Of a DNA stretch of 64,000 nucleotides, positions 1 to 8,668 are shown in pieces. The translations under genes and the position numbers were made by a program. The number at the start of each line of letters is the position of its first letter. The first letter of the stretch is position 1. This DNA comes from an uncultured Candidatus Saccharibacteria bacterium (GTDB lineage: Bacteria; Patescibacteriota; Doudnabacteria; UBA920), in the NCBI GenBank assembly GCA_964612745.1, contig CAZTCH010000003.1, positions 61,931-125,930 of the forward strand, written 5' to 3'. The notes beneath the pieces were generated by a model. The model saw nothing but the letters and a program-made list of their open reading frames with translations. It ran no database searches and had not been told where the DNA came from.

Positions 1-1065
1 GTCGGTGCAGATGGTACCGCGACCATCGATCCAGCAGCTGGTTGGGATAAGACAGGCCTTTCTGGTAAACAGCTCAAGCGTGCCACTGCAGACTTGCAGC
101 AGGGACAAGGTGCCCTTTCTGGTGGTAGTGTCATTGTGCGCTTAGAGTTTAACGAAGAGGGGACAAAGTTGTTTGGGGAAATTACTCAGAACAGCATTGG
201 CAAACCAATTGCTATTTTCCTTGACGGCGCAATTTTGTCTGCACCAACCGTGCAAACAGCAATTACCGACGGTGTTGCTATCATTACCGGAAACTTTACG
301 GTTGATGAAGCAAAGCAGTTGGCTACTCGATTGAACTCTGGTGCGCTTCCTGTGCCAATTCAGTTGCTATCCCAGCAAACAGTAGGAGCAACCTTAGGGC
401 AAGAGTCTATCCACAAGTCTTTGATTGCAGGGTTCTTGGGGTTGCTCTTGATTGCGTTGTTCATGATTATGTACTACCGCTTCCCAGGGCTTTTGGCTGT
501 TGGGGCGTTGGCAGTATACGTTTTGGTTTCTTTGGCAGTGCTCCAAGTAGGTATTTCTCTGACCGCGGTATTGCTTGTGGGGTTGTTCTTCTTCTTGGGA
601 CTTACTGCGAGTGTGTGGTTTGGGGTGCTGGCTTTTGCGAGCTACTTACTCTTGATGTTTATTGGTGGGGTACAGCCAGTCACTTTGACTTTGGCGGGGA
701 TTGCTGGGTTTATCCTGTCTGTCGGTATGGCTGTAGATGCCAACATTCTTATCTTCGAACGTATTCGTGAAGAAATCAGAGCCGGTAAGGACATAGGGAA
801 AGCGGTAGAAGATGGGTTTGACCGAGCGTGGTTGTCTATTCGCGATTCGAACGCATCCAGCTTAATTACCACCCTTATCTTGTACATGTTTGGTACCCCT
901 TCTATTAAAGGGTTTGCCATTACCTTGGGGATTGGTATTATCATTTCCATGTTTACAGCTATAAGTGTCACTCGCACATTCTTGCGATTATTCTTAACCA
1001 ATCGACTTTTGAGCCATCCTTGGTTGTTTGGCGTAAGCCGCAGAAAGCAGACTTCCGAGAGCTAA
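1..1065 (+). CDS. secD: Protein translocase subunit SecD, C-terminal membrane domain. The gene continues upstream of the window.
   Basis: Frame 1 is open from nt 1. The translation is a multi-TM RND-like domain (…FERIREEIRAGKD…ASSLITTLILY…) typical of the SecD C-terminus, immediately upstream of secF. Confidence 0.8.
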   Translation, partial: VGADGTATIDPAAGWDKTGLSGKQLKRATADLQQGQGALSGGSVIVRLEFNEEGTKLFGEITQNSIGKPIAIFLDGAILSAPTVQTAITDGVAIITGNFTVDEAKQLATRLNSGALPVPIQLLSQQTVGATLGQESIHKSLIAGFLGLLLIALFMIMYYRFPGLLAVGALAVYVLVSLAVLQVGISLTAVLLVGLFFFLGLTASVWFGVLAFASYLLLMFIGGVQPVTLTLAGIAGFILSVGMAVDANILIFERIREEIRAGKDIGKAVEDGFDRAWLSIRDSNASSLITTLILYMFGTPSIKGFAITLGIGIIISMFTAISVTRTFLRLFLTNRLLSHPWLFGVSRRKQTSES

Positions 1066-1111
1066 GTATCGGTGATACAAGCGCTCACATAGTAGATTAG
1101 TTTAAACTTAT

Positions 1112-2002
1112 ATGATAAAAATTCTCAATTATTACAAGTATCTTTTTGCTCTCTCGGCACTTATTATAGTTGTTGGTGTGGGCTCTTTGGCAATCTTTGG
1201 GCTGAAGCTCGGGATTGATTTTAAAGGTGGTACCATTACTGAGCTTGAGTACACCGAGCTACCAGACGTTGCGAAAGTGCGTGACGTTGCTACAGAAGCC
1301 GGAGTTAAAAGCTTGCAACTCCAAACTCTTGGAGAGAAAGGGTTGCTGATTAAGACCGAGGTAATGTCTGCTGAAGAGCACACAAAGCTCGTCGAAGCAC
1401 TCAAGACCAACACTGGCACATTTGAAGAAAAGCGGTTTGAATCTATCGGTCCTTTGGTGGGACAGGAATTGCGAACAGATGCATTTTGGCAGTTGTTGTT
1501 AGTGAGCTTAGGTATTGTGCTGTACATTGCCTATGCCTTCCGCAGGATTCAGCGCCCGATTACTTCTTGGAAGTTCGGCTGGGCAGCAATTATTGCGCTC
1601 ATGCACGACCTCTTGGTGGTACTCGCAGTATTTTCCTTACTCGGGCACTTTAAGGGCGTCGAAGTAGATAGCATGTTTGTAACAGCTATGCTCACCGTGC
1701 TTGGGTTCTCGATCCACGATACTATTGTGGTGTTTGACCGTATTCGCGAAAATTTGAAGGTCTACGCAGGTCAGTCTATCGAATACATTGTCAACAAAAG
1801 CATTACCCAAACCATTGTCCGTTCACTGAACACGAGCTTGACTGTACTCTTCGTTTTGCTTGCTATGTTGTTGTTCGGGGGAGAGAGTATTCGCTATTTT
1901 GTCTTGGCATTGTTTGTGGGTATTGTGACTGGTACCTATTCTTCTATTTTTATCGCCAGTCCGATCTTGGTACTCTGGCAAAAGGTGTCATCTCGCAAGT
2001 AA
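1112..2002 (+). CDS. secF: Protein translocase subunit SecF.
   Basis: 296 aa. It has an N-terminal TM helix, then LGIDFKGGT, and a 6-TM C-terminus with the VFDRIRE motif. It follows secD with a 46-nt gap. Confidence 0.85.
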   Translation: MIKILNYYKYLFALSALIIVVGVGSLAIFGLKLGIDFKGGTITELEYTELPDVAKVRDVATEAGVKSLQLQTLGEKGLLIKTEVMSAEEHTKLVEALKTNTGTFEEKRFESIGPLVGQELRTDAFWQLLLVSLGIVLYIAYAFRRIQRPITSWKFGWAAIIALMHDLLVVLAVFSLLGHFKGVEVDSMFVTAMLTVLGFSIHDTIVVFDRIRENLKVYAGQSIEYIVNKSITQTIVRSLNTSLTVLFVLLAMLLFGGESIRYFVLALFVGIVTGTYSSIFIASPILVLWQKVSSRK

Positions 2003-2020
2003 AAAGGCCTATTTTGACTA

Positions 2021-2047
2021 ATCCCGCTTAATTGCGGGATTTTTTTA
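2021..2047 (+). terminator. Rho-independent terminator after secF.
   Basis: ATCCCGC-TTAATT-GCGGGAT stem-loop followed by TTTTTTATTT. Confidence 0.6.
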
Positions 2048-2164
2048 TTTAGGGACATTTGACAGAATTAACCCATTTCTGCTATAATTTATGAAATATA
2101 TTGCTAATGACTTTGCCAAAATCGGTCATTTATGTGATAAGATAAATATATAGCACAAGACTGT

Positions 2165-3268
2165 ATGGGAATTTTAGATACTATAATCGATACAAAACAG
2201 ACCGATCTAGCGAATGAGTTCGAGCCTTTAGTCATTGTTGGCAAAATCCTCGAAAAGCTCAAAGAACGCGATCGTGAGATTTTGGCACGTCGGTACGGTC
2301 TTTCTGGTTTTCAGGAGCAGACCTTGGAAGCAATAGGTAAAGACTTAAAACTGACTCGTGAGCGCGTACGACAAATCGAAAAGACTTTGTTGAAACAGCT
2401 CCAGACTTCTGTAAAAGAACATACTGACGTTTCTACCACACACGAATTATTGCACTCCATGCTTTCTGAGCACGGGGGGATAATGGCAGAAGTAGAACTC
2501 CTTGAACGGTTGGGTGTATCTGCAATCGAAGAAGCGAACGCAGTACGCTTTTTGTTGTTGCTCTTAGAGCAGGTAGAGAATATTCGCGGCCATGAGCATA
2601 TTAAAGATGCGTGGGCAGCGCTTCGTTTTGATTCTGAATTGTTCAATAAGTTTGTTGCAGCAAGTAAAGTAGTTTTGGAAGCAGCGGCACGACCACACGG
2701 TGCAGAACGCTTTTTGGCTGCATTTAAAGAAACAGAGTTTTACCAGCAGCATACTGCAGAATTGCCTGATAAAGTTATTTTGAATTTCCTTTCCACTGCG
2801 AAAGTAATTAGCAAGAACGCTTTCCACGAATACGGTCTCGTGCATTGGCGCGATATTACCCCTCGTGATGTTGGTGATAAAGCTTATTTGGTTTTGAAGC
2901 ACCACAATCAACCAGAGCACTACACACAAATTACTGAACTCATTAACAAGCACCACCCTGGTAGCCGCAAGGCATACAAAGAAACGGTGCACAATGAACT
3001 CATTAAGGACAAGCGATTTATCCTCGTTGGTCGAGGCATCTACGCTTTGGCTGAATGGGGTTACAAGCCAGGGGTAGTGGCAGATGTAATCGCAGAAGTA
3101 TTACGCGATGCAGGTACTCCACTGACTCGTGACGAAATTATTACGCAAGTATTAAAGCGTCGCATGGTTAAGAAAAATACTATTTTAGTCGGTCTTTCCA
3201 ATCGGAAGCGCTTTACCAAAGTGGGCAAAAATCAGTACGAATTAGTAGCTACTCCAGCTGCAAAGTAA
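2165..3268 (+). CDS. Sigma-70 region-4 HTH domain protein with a ~280-aa C-terminal domain of unknown function.
   Basis: Residues ~35-85 (REILARRYGL…QTLEAIGKDLKLTRERVRQIEKTLLKQL) match the sigma-70 region 4 helix-turn-helix. No region 2 is present. Confidence 0.5.
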   Translation: MGILDTIIDTKQTDLANEFEPLVIVGKILEKLKERDREILARRYGLSGFQEQTLEAIGKDLKLTRERVRQIEKTLLKQLQTSVKEHTDVSTTHELLHSMLSEHGGIMAEVELLERLGVSAIEEANAVRFLLLLLEQVENIRGHEHIKDAWAALRFDSELFNKFVAASKVVLEAAARPHGAERFLAAFKETEFYQQHTAELPDKVILNFLSTAKVISKNAFHEYGLVHWRDITPRDVGDKAYLVLKHHNQPEHYTQITELINKHHPGSRKAYKETVHNELIKDKRFILVGRGIYALAEWGYKPGVVADVIAEVLRDAGTPLTRDEIITQVLKRRMVKKNTILVGLSNRKRFTKVGKNQYELVATPAAK

Positions 3269-3393
3269 TCCACCGGAGAGGCGCTTCTAAGTTTTCCACT
3301 TTTCATATAAAATCAAAGTAGTGGTCGTCCCAAAACAAATTCCAATTCCATACAGCAGTACATACAAGGACTTGGAATTGGGGTCCTTGTTTT

Positions 3394-4716
3394 TTGTATC
3401 ACACAACGAGCCAATACATACACATGTTTGAATCTGTACTAGATGGACTAAGTGAAGTTGTACAATCTGTTCCCAGTATCCTCTGGTGGTTTTTTGGACA
3501 TGGGGGGTGGATTATTTTTGTGGTGCTGACCGTATGGGTGTTGTTCCAGCAGTACATGGATGAAATACGTAAGCAGTTTATATCCGGACAAGAGTGGGTA
3601 TTTTTAAGTATTCGAGTTCCCAAAACAAATGAGTTGTCTACGCTCGCAGTAGAACAAGTGTTTGCTCAGATGCATGCGCTCTTGGGCGGCTCTACGTTTG
3701 CTCAGAAATATGTAGAAGGGCAGGTGCCATTGTGGTATAGCTTTGAAATAGTATCTTTGGGTGGAAAAATTTCATTTGTTATCCGTGCTCCCAAAAAAAG
3801 CCAAGACCTTGTGGAGGCAGCGTTTTATGCACAGTATCCTGAAGCGGAAGTTACCGAGGTCTCTGACTACTTAGAAAACTTTTCTTTTGACCCCGAAACA
3901 GCACCGGTGGATGTGTGGGGAACAGAACTTGTCGAGGCTATGGATCAGGCGCTCCCTATTAAAACATATAGAGACTTCGAGCATCCAACTGCGAAAGATA
4001 AAATTGTGGACCCGCTCAGACCGCTGTTTGAAGCGATGGCGAAAATAAGCCCACACGAATTGTTTGCCTACCAGCTTGTGGCATTGCCAGTTGCCGATAG
4101 TGAGTGGAAACCAAAAGGGGAGTCGAAAGCAACAGAGCTTATTGAAGGGCCTAAGGCAGCACCGAAACCATTTAGTTTGTGGGGGCTTTTGAAGGGGTTG
4201 GTTATTCCCGCTAAGCCACCTGCGGCGAAAAGCGATAGGAACTTTTCTGTGATGACCGATGTAGATAAGGAACGGGTGAATCGGGTCTTGAATAAGGTGG
4301 GTAAAGTTGGCTACGCATGCAAAATCCGACTTCTGTATGCAGCGCCAAAAGATAAATTCGAAAAATCCAAAGCCTCTTTGTTTATCGGGGCATTTAAAAC
4401 GTTATCGAGCGCGAACACCAATGGCTTTAAGCCAAATGGAGAAGTAACGCCGAAGCTTGACTATAAACTGTCTGAGTCACTGGAAAAACCATACATTGAC
4501 TTTGTGGTTGCAAAGCGGAAAGCAGGCTTAGTCAAGAATTTCAAAGGCCGGAGTGGCGGGGGAGGCGCCAAGCCGTATGTGCTGAACATAGAAGAGCTGG
4601 CAACTATGTACCACTTACCACTCGTGTCGCTTGAAACGGTATCATCGCCAAACGTCGATACCGTGGCAAGTAAAAAGAGCCAGCCACCCGCAAACTTACC
4701 AATTGGAGAATACTAA
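3394..4716 (+). CDS. Hypothetical membrane-anchored protein with one N-terminal TM helix.
   Basis: 440-aa ORF with TM segment ILWWFFGHGGWIIFVVLTVWVLF. It ends 88 nt upstream of the P-loop ATPase gene on the same strand. Confidence 0.4.
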   Translation: MYHTTSQYIHMFESVLDGLSEVVQSVPSILWWFFGHGGWIIFVVLTVWVLFQQYMDEIRKQFISGQEWVFLSIRVPKTNELSTLAVEQVFAQMHALLGGSTFAQKYVEGQVPLWYSFEIVSLGGKISFVIRAPKKSQDLVEAAFYAQYPEAEVTEVSDYLENFSFDPETAPVDVWGTELVEAMDQALPIKTYRDFEHPTAKDKIVDPLRPLFEAMAKISPHELFAYQLVALPVADSEWKPKGESKATELIEGPKAAPKPFSLWGLLKGLVIPAKPPAAKSDRNFSVMTDVDKERVNRVLNKVGKVGYACKIRLLYAAPKDKFEKSKASLFIGAFKTLSSANTNGFKPNGEVTPKLDYKLSESLEKPYIDFVVAKRKAGLVKNFKGRSGGGGAKPYVLNIEELATMYHLPLVSLETVSSPNVDTVASKKSQPPANLPIGEY

Positions 4717-4804
4717 TACTAAGCTGAATGTTTATAAAGTTATAAAGTTCATAAAGCTTGATACCTTTATGAACTTGCAACTTTAAAAACTTTAGGAACT
4801 GTCC

Positions 4805-6778
4805 ATGCAAGCACCAGAAGACCAAATTACTTTTTTTGCCAAAACAAACTTCCGCAATCGAGAAGTGCCTTTTGGTATAAAAACAGATGACCGCAGACGT
4901 CACATGTATGTGATTGGTAAGACAGGTATGGGTAAAACTACGCTCATGGAAAACATGGCTATTCAGGATATTCGGAATGGGCATGGTGTGTGTTTTATGG
5001 ATCCACACGGGGACTCTGTGGTAAAGATTTTGGATTATATTCCGAGCAGTCGTGTGAATGATGTCGTGTACTTTAACCCTGCTGACTTAGACTACCCAAT
5101 TGCGTTTAATATTATGGAGTCTGTAGAAGGTCGGTTCCAGCATTTGGTGGCCTCGGGGCTTATGGGTGTGTTTACCAAAATCTGGGCTGGGGTGTGGTCT
5201 GCTCGTATGGAATATATTTTGGGCAATACCGTGCGTGCGCTGTTAGAGAGTCCAGGGAATTCTATTTTGGGTATTACTCGCATGTACATAGACAAGCAAT
5301 ACCGCAAGCGTATTGTGGACAACATCAAAGATCCGATGGTGCGTGTGTTTTGGACAGATGAATACGCCAACTACGACCAAAAATTTGTGAAAGATGCGGT
5401 AGCGCCTATTCAAAACAAAGTAGGGCAGTTTTTGTCGAGTGCGATTATCCGCAACATTGTTGGACAACCAAAGTCGACCATTGACCTGCGTGAGATAATG
5501 GACAATCGGAAGATTTTGCTTATGGACTTGTCCAAAGGAAAAGTGGGCGAAGAAAATGCCGCCTTGCTTGGTGCGATGATTATTACGAAGCTGCAGCTTG
5601 CAGCTATGTCGCGCGTGGACATGCTCGAAGCAGAGCGACCAGACTTTTATTTGTACGTAGATGAATTCCAAAACTTTGCCACAGAAAGTTTTGCTACTAT
5701 TTTGAGTGAGGCGCGTAAGTATCACTTAAACTTGATTATGGGGCACCAATACATTGGACAGCTCACTCCAACCAAAGACAACTCTCGGTTACGCGATGCT
5801 ATTTTTGGTAACGTGGGTAGCATGATTTGTTTCCGCATTGGTGCAGCAGACGCTGAATATTTAGAGACAGAGTTTGCGCCAGTGTACACGCCAAACGATT
5901 TGGTGAATTTACCGAAGTATCATATTTTACTCAAGTTGATGATCAATGGTGTTTCGAGCGAGCCTTTTTCTGCACGAAGCATACCGGTGAATCCCGACTT
6001 TATATCTGGAAATGCGGAGAAGGTGGTACGTGTCTCGCGCGAACGATATGGGAACCCAGTCGAGCAAGTGGAAGAGCGTATTTCTCGTTGGATGGGTGCA
6101 GAGTTCCATCAAAAGAGTGCTGCGATGGCAGGGGATGAAAAAGAAGCGAGTGATGTCAGCATGCTACCGGTACCTGAACGACCAGCGCTGTCTCCTACAC
6201 GTCCACCAGAGCGCTACGACGAACCACAGAAACTAGTTGAGCCTCAGAAGCCAGTTGTGGTAGCAGAGGCTCCAGTCGTACAACCGACAGAGGTAGTGGC
6301 TAATGTCCCTCGTGCAAGTGAGCCGTTGGTGTACAAAGCGCCTCCACTCCCAACCCCAGCTAAACCAGAATACGAACCACCACGGCAGCGCCCCACTCCG
6401 GGTGCTATGGGCAGGCCAGCACCAACACAAAGATTTGCACCGGCGCGACCAACAGAACGTCCGTTTAATAACCCACGACCACGTAACAGGGACGCTGGAT
6501 TCGAAAAGCCGTCTGGTCCTCGCAAACCACCAGCACCATCAAGGCCAGCTGGACCAGCCAAACCAAATATTTGGGACACGGTAGCGCAGATGCATCAAGA
6601 GCGAGATTTGGATATTGTAGAAAAGCTATCCTCAGCGCTTGTTGTAGATACCCCACCTGTACTACCACCAAAGCAGGTGCAGCAGAACTCAGGGAGTAAT
6701 GCCCCACGCCAAGGGGTAGACCAGCAGAAAGAAGCGCACAAGAAAATAATGCGCCCTGGAGAAAAACACACGTTTTAA
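4805..6778 (+). CDS. P-loop ATPase of the VirD4/TraG/TraD (type IV coupling protein, TrwB_AAD_bind/DUF87-like) family. It is soluble and has a proline-rich low-complexity C-terminal tail.
   Basis: Walker A VIGKTGMGKTT and Walker B LYVDEFQNF, with the overall architecture of a coupling-protein ATPase domain. The C-terminal ~200 aa are P/A/E-rich (PAPSRPAGPAKP). No N-terminal TM helices. Confidence 0.55.
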   Translation: MQAPEDQITFFAKTNFRNREVPFGIKTDDRRRHMYVIGKTGMGKTTLMENMAIQDIRNGHGVCFMDPHGDSVVKILDYIPSSRVNDVVYFNPADLDYPIAFNIMESVEGRFQHLVASGLMGVFTKIWAGVWSARMEYILGNTVRALLESPGNSILGITRMYIDKQYRKRIVDNIKDPMVRVFWTDEYANYDQKFVKDAVAPIQNKVGQFLSSAIIRNIVGQPKSTIDLREIMDNRKILLMDLSKGKVGEENAALLGAMIITKLQLAAMSRVDMLEAERPDFYLYVDEFQNFATESFATILSEARKYHLNLIMGHQYIGQLTPTKDNSRLRDAIFGNVGSMICFRIGAADAEYLETEFAPVYTPNDLVNLPKYHILLKLMINGVSSEPFSARSIPVNPDFISGNAEKVVRVSRERYGNPVEQVEERISRWMGAEFHQKSAAMAGDEKEASDVSMLPVPERPALSPTRPPERYDEPQKLVEPQKPVVVAEAPVVQPTEVVANVPRASEPLVYKAPPLPTPAKPEYEPPRQRPTPGAMGRPAPTQRFAPARPTERPFNNPRPRNRDAGFEKPSGPRKPPAPSRPAGPAKPNIWDTVAQMHQERDLDIVEKLSSALVVDTPPVLPPKQVQQNSGSNAPRQGVDQQKEAHKKIMRPGEKHTF

Positions 6779-6782
6779 AAAA

Positions 6783-6816
6783 ACGCCGCAAGCGAATGCT
6801 TGTGGCGTTTTATTTT
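6783..6816. terminator. Bidirectional rho-independent terminator between the convergent ATPase gene and trxA.
   Basis: ACGCCGCAAGC-GAAT-GCTTGTGGCGT stem flanked by an A-run upstream and TTTTATTTT downstream. Confidence 0.6.
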
Positions 6817-6832
6817 GATACTACGAGCTGTA

Positions 6833-7177
6833 TTAGGCTGCAGCAGGAGCATCTGCAGGAATGTGTTTCTGAATGGTGGCTTCAATTGTTGCCGCAGGAG
6901 CTGCGCCAATAATTTCATCTACTTCTACACCATCTTTGAAAAACTTCATAGTTGGGATGCTCAGGATTTGGTAGTGAGAAGCAAGGTCATTCTCTTCGTC
7001 TACATTCACTTTGCCTACTTTAATCTTGCCTTCGTACTTTGTTGCAAGCTCGGCAATGACTGGGCTAATGATTTTGCAAGGACCACACCAAGCAGCCCAG
7101 AAATCTACGAGCACTGGGGTGCTGGACTTGAGTACTTCTTGTTCAAAATTAGCTTGGGTTATGACTACTTCTGCCAT
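6833..7177 (-). CDS. trxA: Thioredoxin.
   Basis: 114 aa with a WCGPC active site and thioredoxin fold pattern (VLVDFWAAWCGPCK…IPTMKFFKDG). Confidence 0.9.
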   Translation of the reverse strand: MAEVVITQANFEQEVLKSSTPVLVDFWAAWCGPCKIISPVIAELATKYEGKIKVGKVNVDEENDLASHYQILSIPTMKFFKDGVEVDEIIGAAPAATIEATIQKHIPADAPAAA

Positions 7178-7304
7178 AGTTGTTGTTTGGTTAATATACC
7201 TGCTTTATAGTACGATTGATGGCGAGGGTTGTCAACGACCATACTTGTCAGAAGTTCCTGTATTCTGTATACTATGAAAAGTGCTTGTACACGCACATAA
7301 ACGA

Positions 7305-7380
7305 CGCGGGGTAGAGAAATTGGCATCTCGCAAGGCTCATAACCTTGAGGTTGGCGGTTCGAGTCCGCCCCCCGCAACCA
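7305..7380 (+). tRNA. tRNA-Met (anticodon CAT), initiator-like.
   Basis: Cloverleaf by eye. D-arm GAGA/TCTC, anticodon loop CTCATAA, T-arm GGCGG-TTCGAGT-CCGCC, encoded CCA. There is a C1·A72 mismatch at the top of the acceptor stem, as in bacterial initiator tRNA. Confidence 0.75.
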
Positions 7381-7385
7381 ACCTT

Positions 7386-7425
7386 CGCCAAGGCTTCGGC
7401 TGGCTATGCCACGAAGGTTTTGTGA
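7386..7425 (+). terminator. Stem-loop (AACCTTCG…CGAAGGTT) after tRNA-Met; possible terminator or processing element.
   Basis: 8-bp inverted repeat AACCTTCG/CGAAGGTT enclosing ~24 nt, followed by TTTGTG. The inner sequence CTTCGCCAAGGCT recurs at 39271 and 45951. Confidence 0.35.
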
Positions 7426-7518
7426 AGGTTGGTTATAGGAAAAATATTCCAACATAAAATCGTGACAGATTTAACCCTCTGTTTGAGGATTTACGATTTT
7501 ACGGGGCAGTAGTTGCAA

Positions 7519-7595
7519 GCCGGTGTAGCTCAGCTGGTTAGAGCGTGGGACTCATAAGCCCAAGGTCGGTGGTTCGATCCCACCCACCGGTACCA
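7519..7595 (+). tRNA. tRNA with CAT anticodon; elongator Met or Ile2 (lysidine).
   Basis: GCCGGTG acceptor stem (G1·U72), D-arm TAGCTCAGCTGGTTAGAGC, anticodon loop CTCATAA, T-arm GGTGG-TTCGATC-CCACC, encoded CCA. Confidence 0.8.
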
Positions 7596-7839
7596 ACGCC
7601 TCTACGAGGCACAGAACTGATAAAGTAAAAAATATAAAGTTCATAAAGTCTGAGATAATTCTTCTTTGCGAACTTTAAATTCTCTACTTGTTTATTCATA
7701 TAGGGGCCCCCCGAACTACTTGGGCCGATGCCATGTTTCATGGATGAGGTTAAGCAGTTTGGGGAGAAGGAGTACTTTATGAGTACTAGAGCAGAGTAGC
7801 CTTCGGCTACTATGTGAATGTGCGAGAAAAGTACGACGT

Positions 7840-7916
7840 GGACTGGTAGCTCAGTTGGTTAGAGCGTCCGCCTGTCACGCGGAAGGTCGCGGGTTCGAGT
7901 CCCGTTCAGTCCGCCA
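7840..7916 (+). tRNA. tRNA-Asp (GTC).
   Basis: GGACTGG acceptor, D-arm TAGCTCAGTTGGTTAGAGC, anticodon loop CTGTCAC (GTC), T-arm GCGGG-TTCGAGT-CCCGT, discriminator G plus CCA. Confidence 0.85.
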
Positions 7917-7917
7917 G

Positions 7918-7950
7918 CAAAAAATACTCACTCCGGTGGGTATTTTTTGT
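7918..7950. terminator. AT-rich hairpin with T-tract after the tRNA cluster.
   Basis: AAAAAATAC…GTATTTTTTG with a 12-nt loop; weak stem. Confidence 0.35.
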
Positions 7951-8062
7951 TTGGTGGATACACTGAACGGGACTCGAAAAAAGCGGTTCTGCTACCAGCA
8001 GAACTGCACTGCGACTATTTGGAGCAGTGCAGAGCGACGGGGTTGTAGATAATAACTTATGC

Positions 8063-8092
8063 GTACTGTACTGTACGTAAAGTAGACGGCCG
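8063..8092. promoter_or_regulatory. 30-bp near-perfect palindrome in the leader upstream of the ATP synthase operon.
   Basis: ACGTAAAGTAGACGG|CCGTCTATTTTACGT with one mismatch. It lies in a 450-bp AT-rich non-coding region. Confidence 0.3.
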
Positions 8093-8435
8093 TCTATTTT
8101 ACGTACTGCGTGTATATTTTTTAGTGTGTTCCTGTTTTGATTTAGCGCTTTACACTTTGCATTTTGAACTTATTATAATTTCTATCCACACCCTAACTCT
8201 AGCCAAGTATATGTATATTTGATATAGTACCAGTGCGCAGAGATGCGCATCGTATTGACTTCAAAAACCAGCTTCTAGAGGGCTGGTTTTTGGCTTTTTG
8301 GACGCCTTGTAGTTTGGTGTTTCTAGTGTGGTTCTAAGCGTGTCGTGCATAAAACAGCGCCTTGACACTACAGTCAATACTTTGCGATACTGATTTTTGT
8401 GGTTCACTAGTTTTAGGCATTGGTTAGAGAACAGT

Positions 8436-8663
8436 ATGTTAAAAGGTATTGCAAAAGCTACATTATTTGGGTATGGGTGGAAGCAAAGAGCTGTGGTGTT
8501 TAGCACTACTCTCGCTACTATTTTTTTGTTCTATGGTATTGGTTTCGTTCTGGATAGATTACTGGAAACGGGACCCTTGTTTCAGGTAATTGCAGTTTTG
8601 TGTTCTTTTCCTGTAACGCAGTATTTATTGTATCGATTTCTAGTCAAAAAGAACCTTTCGTAA
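8436..8663 (+). CDS. Small 2-TM protein, ATP synthase protein I (AtpI/AtpZ)-like.
   Basis: 75 aa from the ATG at 8436, with two hydrophobic helices. It sits immediately upstream of atpB, as atpI/atpZ genes do. Confidence 0.45.
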   Translation: MLKGIAKATLFGYGWKQRAVVFSTTLATIFLFYGIGFVLDRLLETGPLFQVIAVLCSFPVTQYLLYRFLVKKNLS

Positions 8664-8668
8664 CGTCT

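Noticed and set aside
642-2992. Antisense ORFs inside secD, secF and the sigma-r4 gene (642..1001-, 1132..1527-, 2311..2646-, 2564..2992-).
   Set aside because: They lie fully inside strongly supported genes on the opposite strand, have no RBS and have biased low-complexity translations. Typical shadow ORFs.
6800-7455. Plus-strand ORFs 6800..7210 and 7011..7277 and minus-strand ORF 7165..7455 around trxA and tRNA-Met.
   Set aside because: They are antisense to thioredoxin or overlap the tRNA gene, and have no supporting signals.
7538-7741. 67-aa minus-strand ORF overlapping the second tRNA.
   Set aside because: It overlaps a well-formed tRNA cloverleaf and is glycine/proline-rich. Spurious.
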